The notes under the pieces were generated by a model that ran no database searches, was not told the DNA's origin, and saw only the letters and a list, made by a program, of their open reading frames with translations. Shown piece by piece: positions 13,779 to 27,988 of a DNA stretch of 64,000 nt (positions are counted from its first letter, which is position 1; the number at the start of each line of letters is the position of its first letter). Both the position numbers and the translations under genes were made by a program. This DNA is from Ophelia neglecta (lineage: Eukaryota). Where the stretch lies: positions 17,794,001 to 17,858,000 of the forward strand of contig OZ260664.1 of assembly GCA_965285935.1 (NCBI GenBank). The letters are read 5' to 3'.

Positions 13779-16700
13779 CGTGGTCGGGCCTAAAGAGCCT
13801 CAGTGAGAACGATGTTAATGTCCTGGAAAGACAAAAAAGAGTGAAATTGAAGCAGTTGTATTCCCATAAGCAATAGTTAATAAGTTCGTAGCTAAGATAA
13901 TTTGAGGAAGGAAGAAGGAGCCACAATGTTTCCCCCACAATATGAAAATGGCAAGACTATTTCAAAGAAACTTCTTGAACTATGTCCTTCCTGCACTATC
14001 TACTCCAGATATATTAACTTTTTCTCTGTTCAGAGTAAGGATCTACTGAGCCGAAAGGATACGTATTTAAACGTTCAATTGTGATTCAAGGTCTGTAAAA
14101 GTATGTTAAAGTATACTGAGCTGAACTCTATATTATAGTATTCATGCTACATGTACATATATTAGTATAAGTAAGATGGACGTTAACAGAGTGCCGAGAT
14201 AGTTTGACCCTATAGTATTACATTGGAAACAAGTCAAATATGAGAATCCGGCTACTTCAACTAAAGTGGTATAAATGTGTACATGTATTGGATATATCGT
14301 GATTGGGTAGTAAGTTTGAGCATTGCCATCCATAGGTGTAATTTCAGAAGTGCTTAATCTAACGACGAATTAATGCCTCTCCCACGCAAGCCATTGTTAC
14401 GATGGATACCTACCTATTGAAGGGTCCTGTCCTCTAAACCTATGAGAATGACTAGCGCTGTACTTCTTTTTATATAATGTAAACCATCGGTTCTCTACTG
14501 CTATATACCATCGTCCCCCTGAAATGGTCTTTCACAGAATGTGTTGACAGAATTTGTAATAAATCGGATTCGTCCTCGGTTACTCGCTGAGAGTTCGCAA
14601 TTTATGTTGCTGAGATAGTTTGTAAGGAGATAAGTAATAATATCTATTGAGAAGTACCTTAACCTTCGCGTCCGTCCCGACTGCTATATATACAGGATTT
14701 CCCCAAAAGGCCTCACACTAAAACCCATTATTTCTATACCAAGCAAGTCGTGTGGACGACACAGTAGATCTTCAAGCTGGGCTAGCTAGACAGTTGTTAG
14801 TTGCTGCCAAACCGGACACAACTAAATGAATCCAGGATCAGTGAGTGAAGCACATAACTTTGGCAATAGCCCTTATCATTGGCTCACATCTAACAGCCTG
14901 ACATTTGCATTTATATACTAAACAGGTCGAATAGCTGCTACACCTATAAAGTCCTCTATAGTGTTTAGATAAATCCAAATATGAAGATATGCAGCAACTT
15001 CCCGATACGGCTTTCCAGCACCCACCCAAGCCATAGCCCCACCCCTTAACTACCACCCAACCCCAACCCCACCTCCAACTGACGTCGCTATAAGTTAACT
15101 GACCCTTGGTGACATTAGATAACATTTGCCTCCAAAAAAGACACTTCCCTGAGTCAACCGTACTATCATATGGCTATCAAACGATCAAATAAAAATACAT
15201 CCGCTGCATATCATTGTCTCCTACCAAAAACCATACAATACCCAACTGTGCAAATACAACTACATGTATTCAGTAATTTATGCAAATTACTGCATATATA
15301 TAAATTAATGAAAAATAAACAATATGCGCTCATTTCGAAACACTTATCTTCTGGACTGAGCCCATATATAACGGAATGACATCCACATACATAATTATAA
15401 ACCGGGTCAGAAGCTTTGAACGAATTGGTCCCAGCAGAGCTAGTTGTGAGTTTAATATTCAGTCAGTAAATAAAGCACACATGTTATTTGTTCTGATATA
15501 TTTCTCATTGATCGGACGTGCTAGTGCGGAAGCAGGTAGGTGCAATAACACTATAAATCTAAAGGCATCGCTTGCTTTTCTTAATGCCCTATCAGAAGTG
15601 TAGGAAAAGTGCATATAGTTGATAGTATAAGTAAGTTCTTGTTAGCTTGTGTATGAATGAGTATCTATCATTTTGTCAGAGCAAGTAAATTTGTATTAAT
15701 CCCTGCTGAGATATATATTGTTTCCAGCTGTTATGAACGCAAAAGAATATCAGAACACTTGCAAAATGTAGCAAACTAACTGCATTCAATGCGGAACATT
15801 TAAAATTCACAGAAAAAAATCCTCATATGTAGATACTCGCAAACAGTCAACACATTGAACAGTACTGATTGGGCATGTGCGAATATATGTATAGATTGCT
15901 GGAAGAAACATCATGTCGGAAATGATATTTCGTGACTCCATTTTTGAGTGACGCGATAAGACCTCGTTACCAATGAATGTATTATAAGAGGCACGTCGCG
16001 CTAATGCCTGTATATTTAAACCGTTCCAATTGAAAATACCTAGTTGAGGAAATATATGACCCCCGGAAACTGCTCAATATATTTTATTCTTGGTATGGAC
16101 AAGAAATGTGACAAATCCGAACCATTTAATCACCGTGGACGAACATTATAAGCCTGCGTGAGAGCTTGTTTATTTTAATGAATAACGAAAGTATGATTGG
16201 TTTTGGTGACGAAGAGGATCATCTTAATGAAAATCAAGCTGGCTTTCGCAATAGTTAAAAGACAAGTCACCAATGTTCTGGACTATATGATACACAGTGT
16301 TAGTCTGTTGGGTCTGTTGCTATAGCATTATATCATCGTTATTATTAACGTGGATAAACCGGTCCTATATATAAACGCGATTGATCCGAATATGATATAA
16401 ACTCCACCATATAAGTTAAAAATTAGTCACGAGAGACAATATTAAAGCACGTCCTATTTACGGGGTATGTGTGTATAGATTTGTAAATTCGCACGCAAGT
16501 AGGCATATATAGCCATAGTTTACAAGGCATTCGGACTATTGCCTTGCAGCATTATACTTTTTTTTCATTTTATTTGTATTGGTCACAGACTTTTCGTGTG
16601 CCATGTTTTGTATTTGATTACATAGGCCTAAAAACCAGGGAATTGTGGGATTGTCAAGCATGCTTGTGAAATGATTATAAACTTTGTAAAACTGATTAAA

Positions 16701-19700
16701 TCTAGAAAGCTGCTGTTTTTATTGTTGTCTGTGATAAAAAAAAAGGTTAAAGATAAATATTATTATTTGTCCCGATTTTGGAGTAATCTGTAGACAATCG
16801 GGTAACCATTTCCACGTAACTTTATAATACAATTCGCAGGACTCTCACAGGCAAATTACCTCGTTATCTTTGCAAATACAGTGAAACCTGTGAAATAAGA
16901 CCACCCAATGGACTGGAAAATACTGATCTGATTTCAGAGGTGGTCTGTTTAGGCAGGTAATTTACATTGAAAGTATGCATCACGGTCCTCATAATAGTGG
17001 TCTGCAATGACAGGTGGTCTGATTATAGAGGTGGTCTCTAAGCTATTTCCTCCCCACCCCAACCGGTGAACCTTACCAGAATTGTGCTAACGTCATACAT
17101 TTGAAGCTTTCAAATATTGTTTAAGCATGATAGATAACTAATAAATATGTACAAAAAACTTGATAAAAGGTTTTTTGTTCTCCTCTACAGTTATATGCCT
17201 AGTTAAACGTTAACATTATATATCAATGGATACAGAACAGAATATGCCTTCCAGGGCTGCTCTGTGAGTAATAATGATGCTGCCATAGTCATATTGACCG
17301 TGTTAACTGCAATATAAAGCATAGAGGTACCCTCGAAGCCATGCATCTTGGCTACCACATGAATATATGGCAGTTTATGATGGATAAGATATTTGATTAG
17401 TTGTTTTTCACTATTAAAAACAATTGACTTGAAATTATGTAACGAATGGGGGAAGCAATTATCAACCATAGTAAACTGTGCCACTGCCTTGTCTCTAGAC
17501 TTTGAAGTCAGGAGCAGACACGTTTAGTATAAAAATCTCACGGTGCGTGGCGTGTAATTAAATTGGCTTCGTATACTGATAAACTTTAACGAAAAGATCA
17601 ATAAAAAGCATCCCATTAATAAGGGGTCCATTCTGTATTTCACCTATATGTTATAACTAAACTTATTATTTAATTTCCTAAATGTAATCCATCATAGGGT
17701 AACGTTTGTGAAATTCACCCATCGTTTAATTTCGCGCAGTCAGTAGCCTGATTCCGACTTCCTACGAGGAATAAGCCGACTTTCTGCGGAATTAATCGAT
17801 GCGGTTTATTATCTGACTTCTCCCTATTGATGGCAATACATGTCAGGTGTATTACAGTTCACGTACGTTATAATATACTCCTGACCATGCTATTTCCTCC
17901 TTTATTCTGTTTAAAATTCAACTATTCATGACCATTTAAAGTATAAGCATTTATTTCCAGTACACCAAGAATATGCAAAAATAAAACGGGATCCGCGAAC
18001 CGACAATCTCCTGATTATGACCCCCAAGAGATAGAACCACAGCTAGTTAGTGTACATGTTAAGAACACATGTGAAATTGATAGGGCTAGTTACTCTACGG
18101 CAAAGAATCAAAGATGTAATATAGATTACCTATATAATAAATTAGAGAAATCGAAGAATAATGAATTATTATATGAAGGTTTATTTTGCTCTGTTTTATC
18201 AGAATAATTCTCACAGCTTACCTAAGCAGAAACACAAATCTTAGATATTAGATATAGCGGAAAAAGACACAAGAAATGGGTAGAGTGTCTATTAACTGGA
18301 CAACATCTTTACTCATGTGTCTATAACTGTTTTTATTTGTTGTCCTACAAAGCGACGCTAGCATGCGATGGGCTTGTGGCCTGACAAGCCGCGCAACTTG
18401 TATTTACACAAGCATCGCTCTCGTGTTAACATCCACGGTCCACTGCTCCTATTTATTGAGGAGTGACAATAGCCACAAGGGCGTTGCCAGCATACGCGGT
18501 CTGAACACACGGAATTTCTATAAACCATGTTAAATGTATTGGCCGGAATATTTAGGTGAAAATAGTTTTACCGGAAAATTAAAAGAGTTTAATTTCAATG
18601 ACAAGTAAACAACCATGTATCACTTATGGACAATTTTTAGGTAAAATCTTCCCATCAATCTGACTTGATGGCCGGTTACTTCACTTAAGGCCTGGGAAAC
18701 ATGCAAGGCGACTGCAGACATGATTAGTTTATGTGAAAAGGATATCCACAACCCTTCTCCTAGTTACATAACATCCAGAACTTGTCCCAGTTCAGTCCAT
18801 CTCAAATGTTTGAATTTCTCAAGCAAGCACACGTTGCTTATTCCAAAGTCGTTAATTTAGAATAAGCCAATGTGACTTATGTTTCCTTAAATAGGAAAGC
18901 GCCCAAACATACTTGTTCACTATCAAATACTAAACAAGTTGATATTTCCTCCCCACCCCAACCGGTGAACCTTACCAGAATTGTGCTAACGTCATACATT
19001 TGAAGCTTTCAAATATTGTATAAGCATGCTAGATAACTAATAAATATGTACAAAAAATCACCTCTATTGTTATATGCCTAGTTAAACGTTAACATTATAT
19101 ATCAATGGATACAGAACAGTTTCTTACTTGCTTTAACCGTCTGTGCGTTGATATAAATTCGATTATTCCATATTTCAACTCACGCAGGAGCAGTACGTTA
19201 GCAATTCACCACCACTCTGGTAACTAAATTATTTTGTCAGATAGAGCTTACAAAAATGTCAAACGGACAAAAATTCCGTCTAGTTTATGCACTTCTGACT
19301 GGCTGAAACTGGTTTGTGTACTGTGCGGTTAATGATTAATTGATCATGAGAAGTAACGCAACATTATGAAACTTGTAGTGGGGGGGGGGGGGATAGTTGT
19401 TTATGAAAACAAACAATTGTTGGCCGTTACCATAGTTGCCTGAATGTTGTTTTTATAACTGGTGGGATAAAAATTGGTGTGCGTGCAAACAAAACGATCG
19501 CAAACAATCATTTAGCTACATTTACTTGTACAAAGAAAACTAGTTGCACGTTTTCAACAAATGAGTACCAATCCAGCCTCTCTCCTACCCCCCCTCTCTC
19601 CTAACCCCCCCCCCCCCCCCCCGCACAGACACAAACACTCAGACTAACTCCAGCCACCACCACTCCGCCCCATCCCTTATGTCAGTAGATTCTGGCATCA

Positions 19701-20779
19701 TGTCAGATGATGATTTGACAATGTGTTTATAAAACTTTACGTTATATTTAAAATTTTCATGAAGATAGTTAGAGCAGTGTGTTAGTTGGCCTTCTATCGA
19801 TAGACATAAAACATGAAGCATGACAATCAGGACACAAAACAATAACCTTAGTGAAAACAATTGGTCACCGTGCTATTTGTTTTTAAAAAAGCTGACTTAG
19901 AATCATCCAGGATTAGCCAAAAAATACCCCTAGTTAGCTACATTTATATCAGTTTTACAACATTTGTTTTTAAAATTATTATGGCAGATTTTCGGGGAAA
20001 AAGTCCCTGCTGAGTATGCTCCCTTCATGTAAATGTAAAATTCCCCCCCCCCCCCCAATCCACATATTTTCTTGGTACTAACCAAATTCCTCCTCTTGGT
20101 CCTAGGTACAAAGTAGATGTTCCCTGCCAATCCAGATACAAAATAGATGCCATGCCGTAAGTCAACACTACCTTCCATGGCATAATTGCTATTTTAACAT
20201 AGCAATCCGCCTTAAATTGACTTTGAACAAAGACTTCAGCATATATAATGTGTTATTGGTGAAAAGGTTTTTATTCGTGAATGACATACTTGCCATATAT
20301 AAGTATAGGCTAGTAGCAATAAAATATATATGGTCTTTTGACGAAACTAAATTAGAATATAATTGTTTTATTAGCAGACTGCCTAGCATCTTAGACCCGG
20401 TCATTTTACAGGTAACCCCCCCCCCCAGCTGGTACCTCAGATAAGCAAAACTATTAATAAAGTACCATGTGATTCACCTGACCAATCAGAGGGATTCCGT
20501 TCTAGCGGAAGAATCACCCGACTGGTCGACTGGTCATTCTCGGCTTCAACACGGGACAGAGCAGACCCACCAGACGAGTGCATACCCACCAAAACGCTTG
20601 CTAAATTATGTTAATGCTTTTTTTTTAAAGTTAATTTTTTATCCACACAGGTCTAAATTTCAGATTATTTTGCAGACAATCGACTACAAAGACGTAGAAC
20701 CGTTTTTATAATATATTTATCATAATGTTGGCACAATGTTAAATAAAGTCTCCTGGCAACACGGATAAGCACCCTCTAT

Positions 20780-21217
20780 CTAATTTTTTCGACATAAATT
20801 AAAGCATGCAGCGGTGAAAGCAATCAGATCATCAGCCAAACCTCCTACTAAGAAAATAACTAATCCCACTATGGGTATATTTTCCTTAATATAATTCCCT
20901 ACAACGTCATTTTGGAGGAAATCACCAGTTTCGATCCAGTCAGTAATATATTTAAGGCACATCACTGACCACATAATCACAATAGCCACGCCCATGTAGA
21001 AGCTTAGTACACAATCCTCGTGGTAAGGCATCATTTTAATCGTCTGGTTTGACCTGCCTTGTATAAATCCCGAGGTAATTATTCCAACAGGAATAGGAGT
21101 CATCACAGTGAAGAACACGAGTGTACCTATAAAGGCGTCCTGTCGGAATCCACCTCCTTGAAATGCGGTATGGTGACCTGTCAGGAAGGCGAGTGTGAAC
21201 AAGGAATGCCACGCCAT
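20780..21217 (-). CDS. Putative orphan 145-aa multi-pass membrane protein, array copy 3
   Basis: Open 145-aa frame with 5 amino-acid differences from copy 1 and the same acceptor and ATG context. Confidence 0.5.
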   Translation of the reverse strand: MAWHSLFTLAFLTGHHTAFQGGGFRQDAFIGTLVFFTVMTPIPVGIITSGFIQGRSNQTIKMMPYHEDCVLSFYMGVAIVIMWSVMCLKYITDWIETGDFLQNDVVGNYIKENIPIVGLVIFLVGGLADDLIAFTAACFNLCRKN

Positions 21218-24200
21218 CGTGGTCGGGCCTAAAGAGCCTCAGTGAGAACGATGTTAATGTCCTGGAAAGACAAAAAAGAGTGAAATTGAAGCAGTTGTAT
21301 TCCCATAAGCAATAGTTAATGAGTTCGTAACTATGATAATTTGGGGAAGGAAGAAGGAGCCACAATGTTTCCCCCACAATATGAAAATGGCAAGACTATT
21401 TCAAAGAAACTTCCTGCACTATGTACTTCCTGCACTATGTACTTCCTGCACTATGTACTCCAGATATATTAACTTTTTCTCTGTTCAGAGTAAGGATCTA
21501 CTGAGCCGAAAGGATACGTATTTAAACGTTCAATTGTGATTCAAGGTCTGTAAAAGTATGTTAAAGTATACTGAGCTGAACTCTATATTATAGTATTCAT
21601 GCTACATGTACATATATTAGTATAAGTAAGATGGACGTTAACAGAGTGCCGAGTTAGTTCGACAATATAGTACTACATTGGAAACAAGTCATATATGAGA
21701 ATCCGGCTACTTCAACTAAAGTGGTATAAATGTGTACATGTATTGGATATATCGTGATTGGGTAGTAAGTTTGAGCATTGCCATCCATAGGTGTAATTTC
21801 AGAAGTGCTTAATCTAACGACGAATTAATGCCTCTCCCACGCAGCCCATTGTTACGATGGATACCTATACCCATTGAAGGGTCCTGTCCTCTAAACCTAT
21901 GAGAATGACTAGCGCTGTACTTCTTTTTATATAAAGTAAACCATCGGTTCTCTACTGCTATATACCATCGTCCCCCTGAAATGGTCTTTCACAGAATGTG
22001 TTGACAGAATTTGTAATAAATCGGATTCGTCCTCGGTTACTCGCTGAGAGTTCGCAATTTATGTTGCTGAGATAGTTTGTAAGGAGATAAGTAATAATAT
22101 CTATTGAGAAGTACCTTAACCTTCGCGTCCGTCCCGACTGCTATATATACAGGATTTCCCCAAAAGGCCTCACACTAAAACCCATTATTTCTATACCAAG
22201 CAAGTCGTGTGGACGACACAGTAGATCTACAAGCTGGGCTAGCTAGACAGTTGTTAGTTGCTGCCAAACCGGACACAACTAAATGAATCCAGGATCAGTG
22301 AGTGAAGCACATAACTTTGGCAATAGACCTTATCATTGGCTCACATCTAACAGCCTGACATTTGCATTTATATACTAAACAGGTCGAATAGCTGCTACAC
22401 CTATAAAGTCCTCTATAGTGTTTAGATAAATCCAAATATGAAGATATGCAGCAACTTCCCGATACGGCTTTCCAGCACCCACCCAAGCCATAGCCCCACC
22501 CCTTAACTACCACCCAACCCCAACCCCACCTCCAACTGACGTCGATATAAATTAACTGACCCTTGGTGACATTAGATAACATTTGCCTCCAAAAAAGACA
22601 CTTCCCTGAGTCAACCGTACTATCACATGGCTATCAAACGATCAAATAAAAATACATCCGCTGCATATCATTGTCTCCTACCAAAAACCATACAATACCC
22701 AACTGTGCAAATACAACTACATGTATTCAGTAATTTATGCAAATTACTGCATATATATAAATTAATGAAAAATAAACAATATGCGCCCAGTTCGAAACAC
22801 TTATCTTCTGGCCTGAGCCCATATATAACGGAATGGCATCCACATACATAATTATAAACCGGGTCAGAAGCTTTGAACGAATTGGTCCCAGCAGAGCTAG
22901 TTGTGAGTTTAATATTCAGTCAGTAAATAAAGCACACATGTTATTTGTTCTGATATATTTCTCATTGACGGACGTGCTAGTGCGGAAGCAAGTAGGTGCA
23001 ATAACACTATAAATCTAAAGGCATCGCTTGCTTTTCTTAATGCCCTATCAGAAGTGATAAAATGCATATAGTTGATAGAATAATTAAGTTCTTGTTAGCT
23101 TGTGTATGAGTGAGTGTCTATCATTTTGTCAGAGCAAGTAATTTTGTATTAATCCCTGCTGAGATATATATTGTTTCCAGCTATTACGAACGCAAAAGAA
23201 TATCAGAACACTTGCAAAATGTAGCAAACTAACTGCATTCAATGCGGAACATTTAAAATTCACAGGAAAAAATCCTCATATGTAGATAATCTCAAACAGT
23301 CAACACATGGAACAGTACTGATTGGGCATGTGTGAATAAATGTATAGATTGCTGGAAGAAACATCATGTCGGAAATGATATTTCGTGACTCCATTTTTGA
23401 GTGACGCGATAATACCTCGTTACCAATGAATGTATTATAATAGGCACGTCGCGCTAATGCCTGTATATTTAAACCGTTCCAATTGAAAATACCTAGTTGA
23501 GGAAATATATCACCCCCGGAAACTGCTCAATATATTTTATTCTTGGTATCGACAAGAAATGTGACAAATCCGAACAATTTAATCACCGTGGCCGAACATT
23601 ATAAGCCTGCGTGAGAGCTTGTTTATTTTAATCAATAACGAAAGTATGATTGGTTTTGGTGACGAAGAGGAGCATCTTAATGAAAATCAAGCTGGCTTTC
23701 GCAATAGTTAAAAGACAAGTCACCAATGTTCTGGACTATATGATACACAGTGTTAGTCTGTTGGGTCTGTTGCTATAGCATTATATCATCGTTATTATTG
23801 ACGTGGATAAACCGGTCCTATATATAAACGCGATTGATCCGAATATGATATAAACTCCACCATATAAGTTAAAAATTAGTCATGAGAGACAATATTAAAG
23901 CACGTCCTATTTACGGGGTATGTGTGAATAGATTTGTAAATTCGCACACAAGTAGGCATATATAGCCATAGTTTACGAGGCATTCGGACTATTGCCTTGC
24001 AGCATTATACTTTTTTTTCATTTTATTTGTTTTGGTCACAGACTTTTCGTGTGCCATATTTTGTATTTGATTACATAGGCCTAAAAACCAGGGAAATTGT
24101 GGGATTGTCAAGCATGCTTGTGAAATGATTATAAACTTTGTAATACTGATTAAATCTAGAAAGCTGCTGTTTTTATTGTTGTCTGTGATAAAAAAAAGGT

Positions 24201-24331
24201 TAAAGATAAATGTTATTATTTGTCCCGATTTTGGAGTAATCTGTAGACAATCGGGTAACCAATTCCACGTAACTTTACAATACAATTCGCAGGACTCTCA
24301 CAGGCAAATTACCTCGTTATCTTTACAAATA

Positions 24332-24508
24332 CAGTGAAACCTGTGAATTAAGACCACCCAATGGACTGGAAAATACTGATCTGATTTCAGAGGTGGTCTG
24401 TTTAGGCAGATAATTTACATTGAAAGTATGCATCACGGTCCTAATAATAGTGGTCTGCAATGACAGGTGGTCTGATTATAGAGGTGGTCTCTAAGCTAGG
24501 TTTCACTG
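24332..24508. mobile_element. Complete 177-bp Tc1/mariner-type MITE
   Basis: TIRs CAGTGAAACCT...AGGTTTCACTG, flanked by TA on both sides (24330-24331 and 24509-24510). Confidence 0.92.
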
Positions 24509-26983
24509 TATGTTAAAATCGTCATATATAATTTTTCCAAAGGCTAGAAACGGGAGTGGAGGTCCGGCAGACAAAGCAGGATCATTAATCTAGAATATGA
24601 ATAATAAAATAAAAGTATAACATAAAACTTGATATTACTTGTAATGCGAGGTAGTGCACACTTTCCAAAATGTGTGTCAGAACCTGGAACCACTTAACTG
24701 TTCCAGGTCAGCACAGAGAAAAACTAGTTAGTGATAAACATAGTATAAAGATGAAATAAATTATGTCATTGGAGAGTCTATGATTTAAGCTCAAAATTTA
24801 GAAACTTTATATGAACTAGGCTCAATGAACGAGTCACTGCTGGCCCTGTTGCTTGACGAGCACCGGAAATGGTGGGCGACCCAAGCAGACGACATGGTAA
24901 GGTCCCAGCCACTGTCGGTGTTTTTCTTTCATGTCATCTCGTCTATTTTTTAAAAAGTTCTTCTGTGTCTGAAATGACAGTCTGTAAAACCCGCGTACCA
25001 TGCCGTGCTACGAGGCTGCCATAACAGTAATCGTGTACGAGACAAAGCAGAATGAATGTTTATTGGCTTAGGTTCATCAGTTATACATGATTAATAGCAA
25101 ACTAGGTGGTGAACCATCTCGGTGAACCACTAGCATCTTCTGGAATTGAACTTATGACCATGGTGATCTATTTCTGCGCGGTTAGCTGCGATATGCAAAA
25201 CACAGTTTCTGTTTATATTGCCACCAAGTCAAAATTATAAAAAAAAAAGCAAACGGTTGTGAGACAATTGAGAAAGTCGTTCTGCCCTGAATAGTGTAGG
25301 TGGGTGATGCGTTGGTACACAATCAATTTACGGGGAAACGTTGGTAATTTGGCACGCTAAAAGTAATAATAGATAGACAAACGAGAGACTTAAATGCTTA
25401 ATATGCTATATCTCGTTATTTTATGGAATTGTCATGCCGTAACATTTAGGGGGGAATCGCTCTCCAAAGGCTTTACCGCCTGAGAACGAGCATTTTCTGG
25501 TATTATTATTATCGTACGGTTTTCAGATCAATTCGACCTCATCGCTTTTTTCCTATTGTGGTCGTAAAACAACTCGGCAGGTAACGGCCTATTACAACCA
25601 GGCCTCCGACTAAGCAATGGCTTAAATGATCAGGAGTGTAAAAACCTTCTCGATGTCATTCAAAACCCTATTATGTTTAACTATTTTAGATAGACAATGG
25701 CTGTATCGACTACACCTTAATTGCACCTTAAAAAACGCCTAGATTTTACCTCTTTTTGGAACAGTCACAGTGCCTAGGTGAACTTTTGCAAAATCTCCAG
25801 TCGTTTTTCAACCTTTTAAATAATAACTTTATTATTCACAAAAATTGAGGCCCTTAAATACTGCCATTATATACCGTTGTGTGCTGTTCATTAATAATAA
25901 TAGCAATTCCACTTTCTATAAACGGAGACATAGCCATAGAATACAACGTCGCCAAATTCTGCCCTGTTGAGCTGGACAATGTTTAATTGTGTCGATGTTG
26001 TCAAGTTTTGTCCACACCTTCCGATTTTGACATGCAACGTGCTGAATGGGGGTAAAAATACAAAGTCAACGACACGGTGTAAAGATTTATGACATTTTTA
26101 CTAACTGAATTTTTGGATTCCTCTCTGTAGCTGGGCGATTAGTCTGAATATATTTCTTTGATCTTTACCGGATTCACATTTTAGTTTTTTTTCGGTATTT
26201 TTTCTTCTAACGCAGTTACTGCCTTTATAATCAATACACATGCAGGGATAACGGGTGTCTTTTATTTTGTGTGGAATCAATGGATGGTTGTTGAAGAAAG
26301 CACTGCGTAGCTGCTAGGGGACGTTTTTACTAAGAAGTCAAGCTGGCTTATTGTGAAAGTCACAGCATGTGTTTGTTTAATTGATCGCGATAATCAAACA
26401 AACTGAGCAAAGTGAATGTGTCTTCATTTTAAAGGTGGTATATTAGGCACATTTAATGTAGGCAGATTCGTTATGTTATGATCATGTATGTTAAAGCTAA
26501 GAGTAAAGTTTAACTGACAAAATGATGATTAATTTGTAAAGTGAATCAGGCACACTTTAAACGCTACCGAACAAGTGCCCTGTAACATACAATGTTATTT
26601 ATGTCAGTATGTAGCAGGCGCACACAGTTGATAGTGATTTACGTTGTAGATGTATGTGCCATTTGGAATAGTATCGGGAGAGAGACGGGGGGGGGGGGGG
26701 GGGGGGTTGAGAGGTGTCCTAGAGGCTAACAAAACGCTGATGTGAGGATACTGTAAATGGAAAGGGGGTCCTGACATCCGTGCCCCCGTCCCCACACCCC
26801 GATCTACACCCACCGACACCCCTTGGAGATCCAGTTCTGTTTTCTTCTTGACGCAATTTTTGTTCAGACAATGAGACAGACAAGAAAAATCAGCTTCCTT
26901 AACTTTAAATATATTAATCCCAAATGGTCCGCCCATATTCTGAGAAAGAGCCCGGATATAGTTTTTTACACATATATTTACAA

Positions 26984-27134
26984 CTGCTACCAAGTGCTTT
27001 GAGGGGATGGCTAAGTCGGGCATTCACCACGGACGTCTGGACACGGACGAGCTCCAGGAGGCCGGGGACTTCCTCATAGAGAGAGGCCATTACACCATGT
27101 TTAACGCAGACAGCGAGGAGGCGGACAAGGGAAA
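26984..27134 (+). pseudogene. SnoaL-like/DUF4440 (NTF2-like) gene, penultimate exon, + copy with mutated acceptor
   Basis: Encodes ATKCFEGMAKSGIHHGRLDTDELQEAGDFLIERGHYTMFNADSEEADKG(K) with donor GTAAGA. The acceptor reads TTTACAA here versus TTTACAG in the paralog. Confidence 0.7.
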
Positions 27135-27988
27135 GTAAGAAAGCGTACACATGCAGACATTTTGTACCTCTCCAACCTTAAAAACACTTAATCTAAAGCA
27201 AATCAGATTAAACAAAACACATGACACAATGAATCTTATTGATGGGTACAAAAGTTGTCTTGGCAAATCATAAATCTATTTAGTCATCATCCATATATGT
27301 CAGTCTTTTGCTTTTAGAAAACTAGTTAATTCCGCTTAATATTTAATGTTTTGGAACCAGACTTCGACCTCCCAGCCAGTCTTGTAAAGCCAACATGGCC
27401 GTTCATTTGGTCAATCTAATGTCTTATATGACCCAGTGTACTATTATAATTTCAATCTACAGTGAGGCAGACTGTTATTATGAAGTAGACGCCAACCTAG
27501 CAACGGCCTCAGTCTACAATACTGAATGAAACTTATACTAACAGTTACTCTTCATCACAAAATAAAACGTACTGAATACTGGCTCCTGATTGGTCTAACA
27601 CCCATAGCTGTGTCCAAAATGTACATCATTATTAGTCGCTTTAAAGGAATTAAGCATCGATGACCCAACAACGAAAAAACGATTCCCTCTACATACGACT
27701 TTTCCTACTCTTGTGTTGATCAATGTGGTTCTCACATAGACAATTAACCATTTTCAATAACCGTCCCTTATTTGAGCGTAGGAGCTTATCTTAAAGAGGT
27801 TGCTTATAACTATTAATTCCTAATGATCGTTGCTTACGAGGAAAAATGGATAGAGCCTTTAAGCTATTACTTTGGATGGAAAGGTGTGCCGACGACGAGT
27901 ACTACTTAGCTGTTACATTTTAGATGTAGACAAAAACAAATATATTGAACAATTCAGAATCTTTAGTTGTTGATTATCTTTATTTCAG

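Larger units (their letters stand above)
1..24498. repeat. Tandem array of ~7.45 kb units (2123-9565, 9566-17045, 17046-24498, plus the 3' end of an upstream unit at 1-2122)
   Basis: The window-start sequence ACAGGTCGAATAGC recurs at 7453, 14922 and 22379, and the ORF track repeats with the same period. Units differ by SNPs and small indels. Identity with the array stops after CTCTAAGCTA at 24498. Confidence 0.98.
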
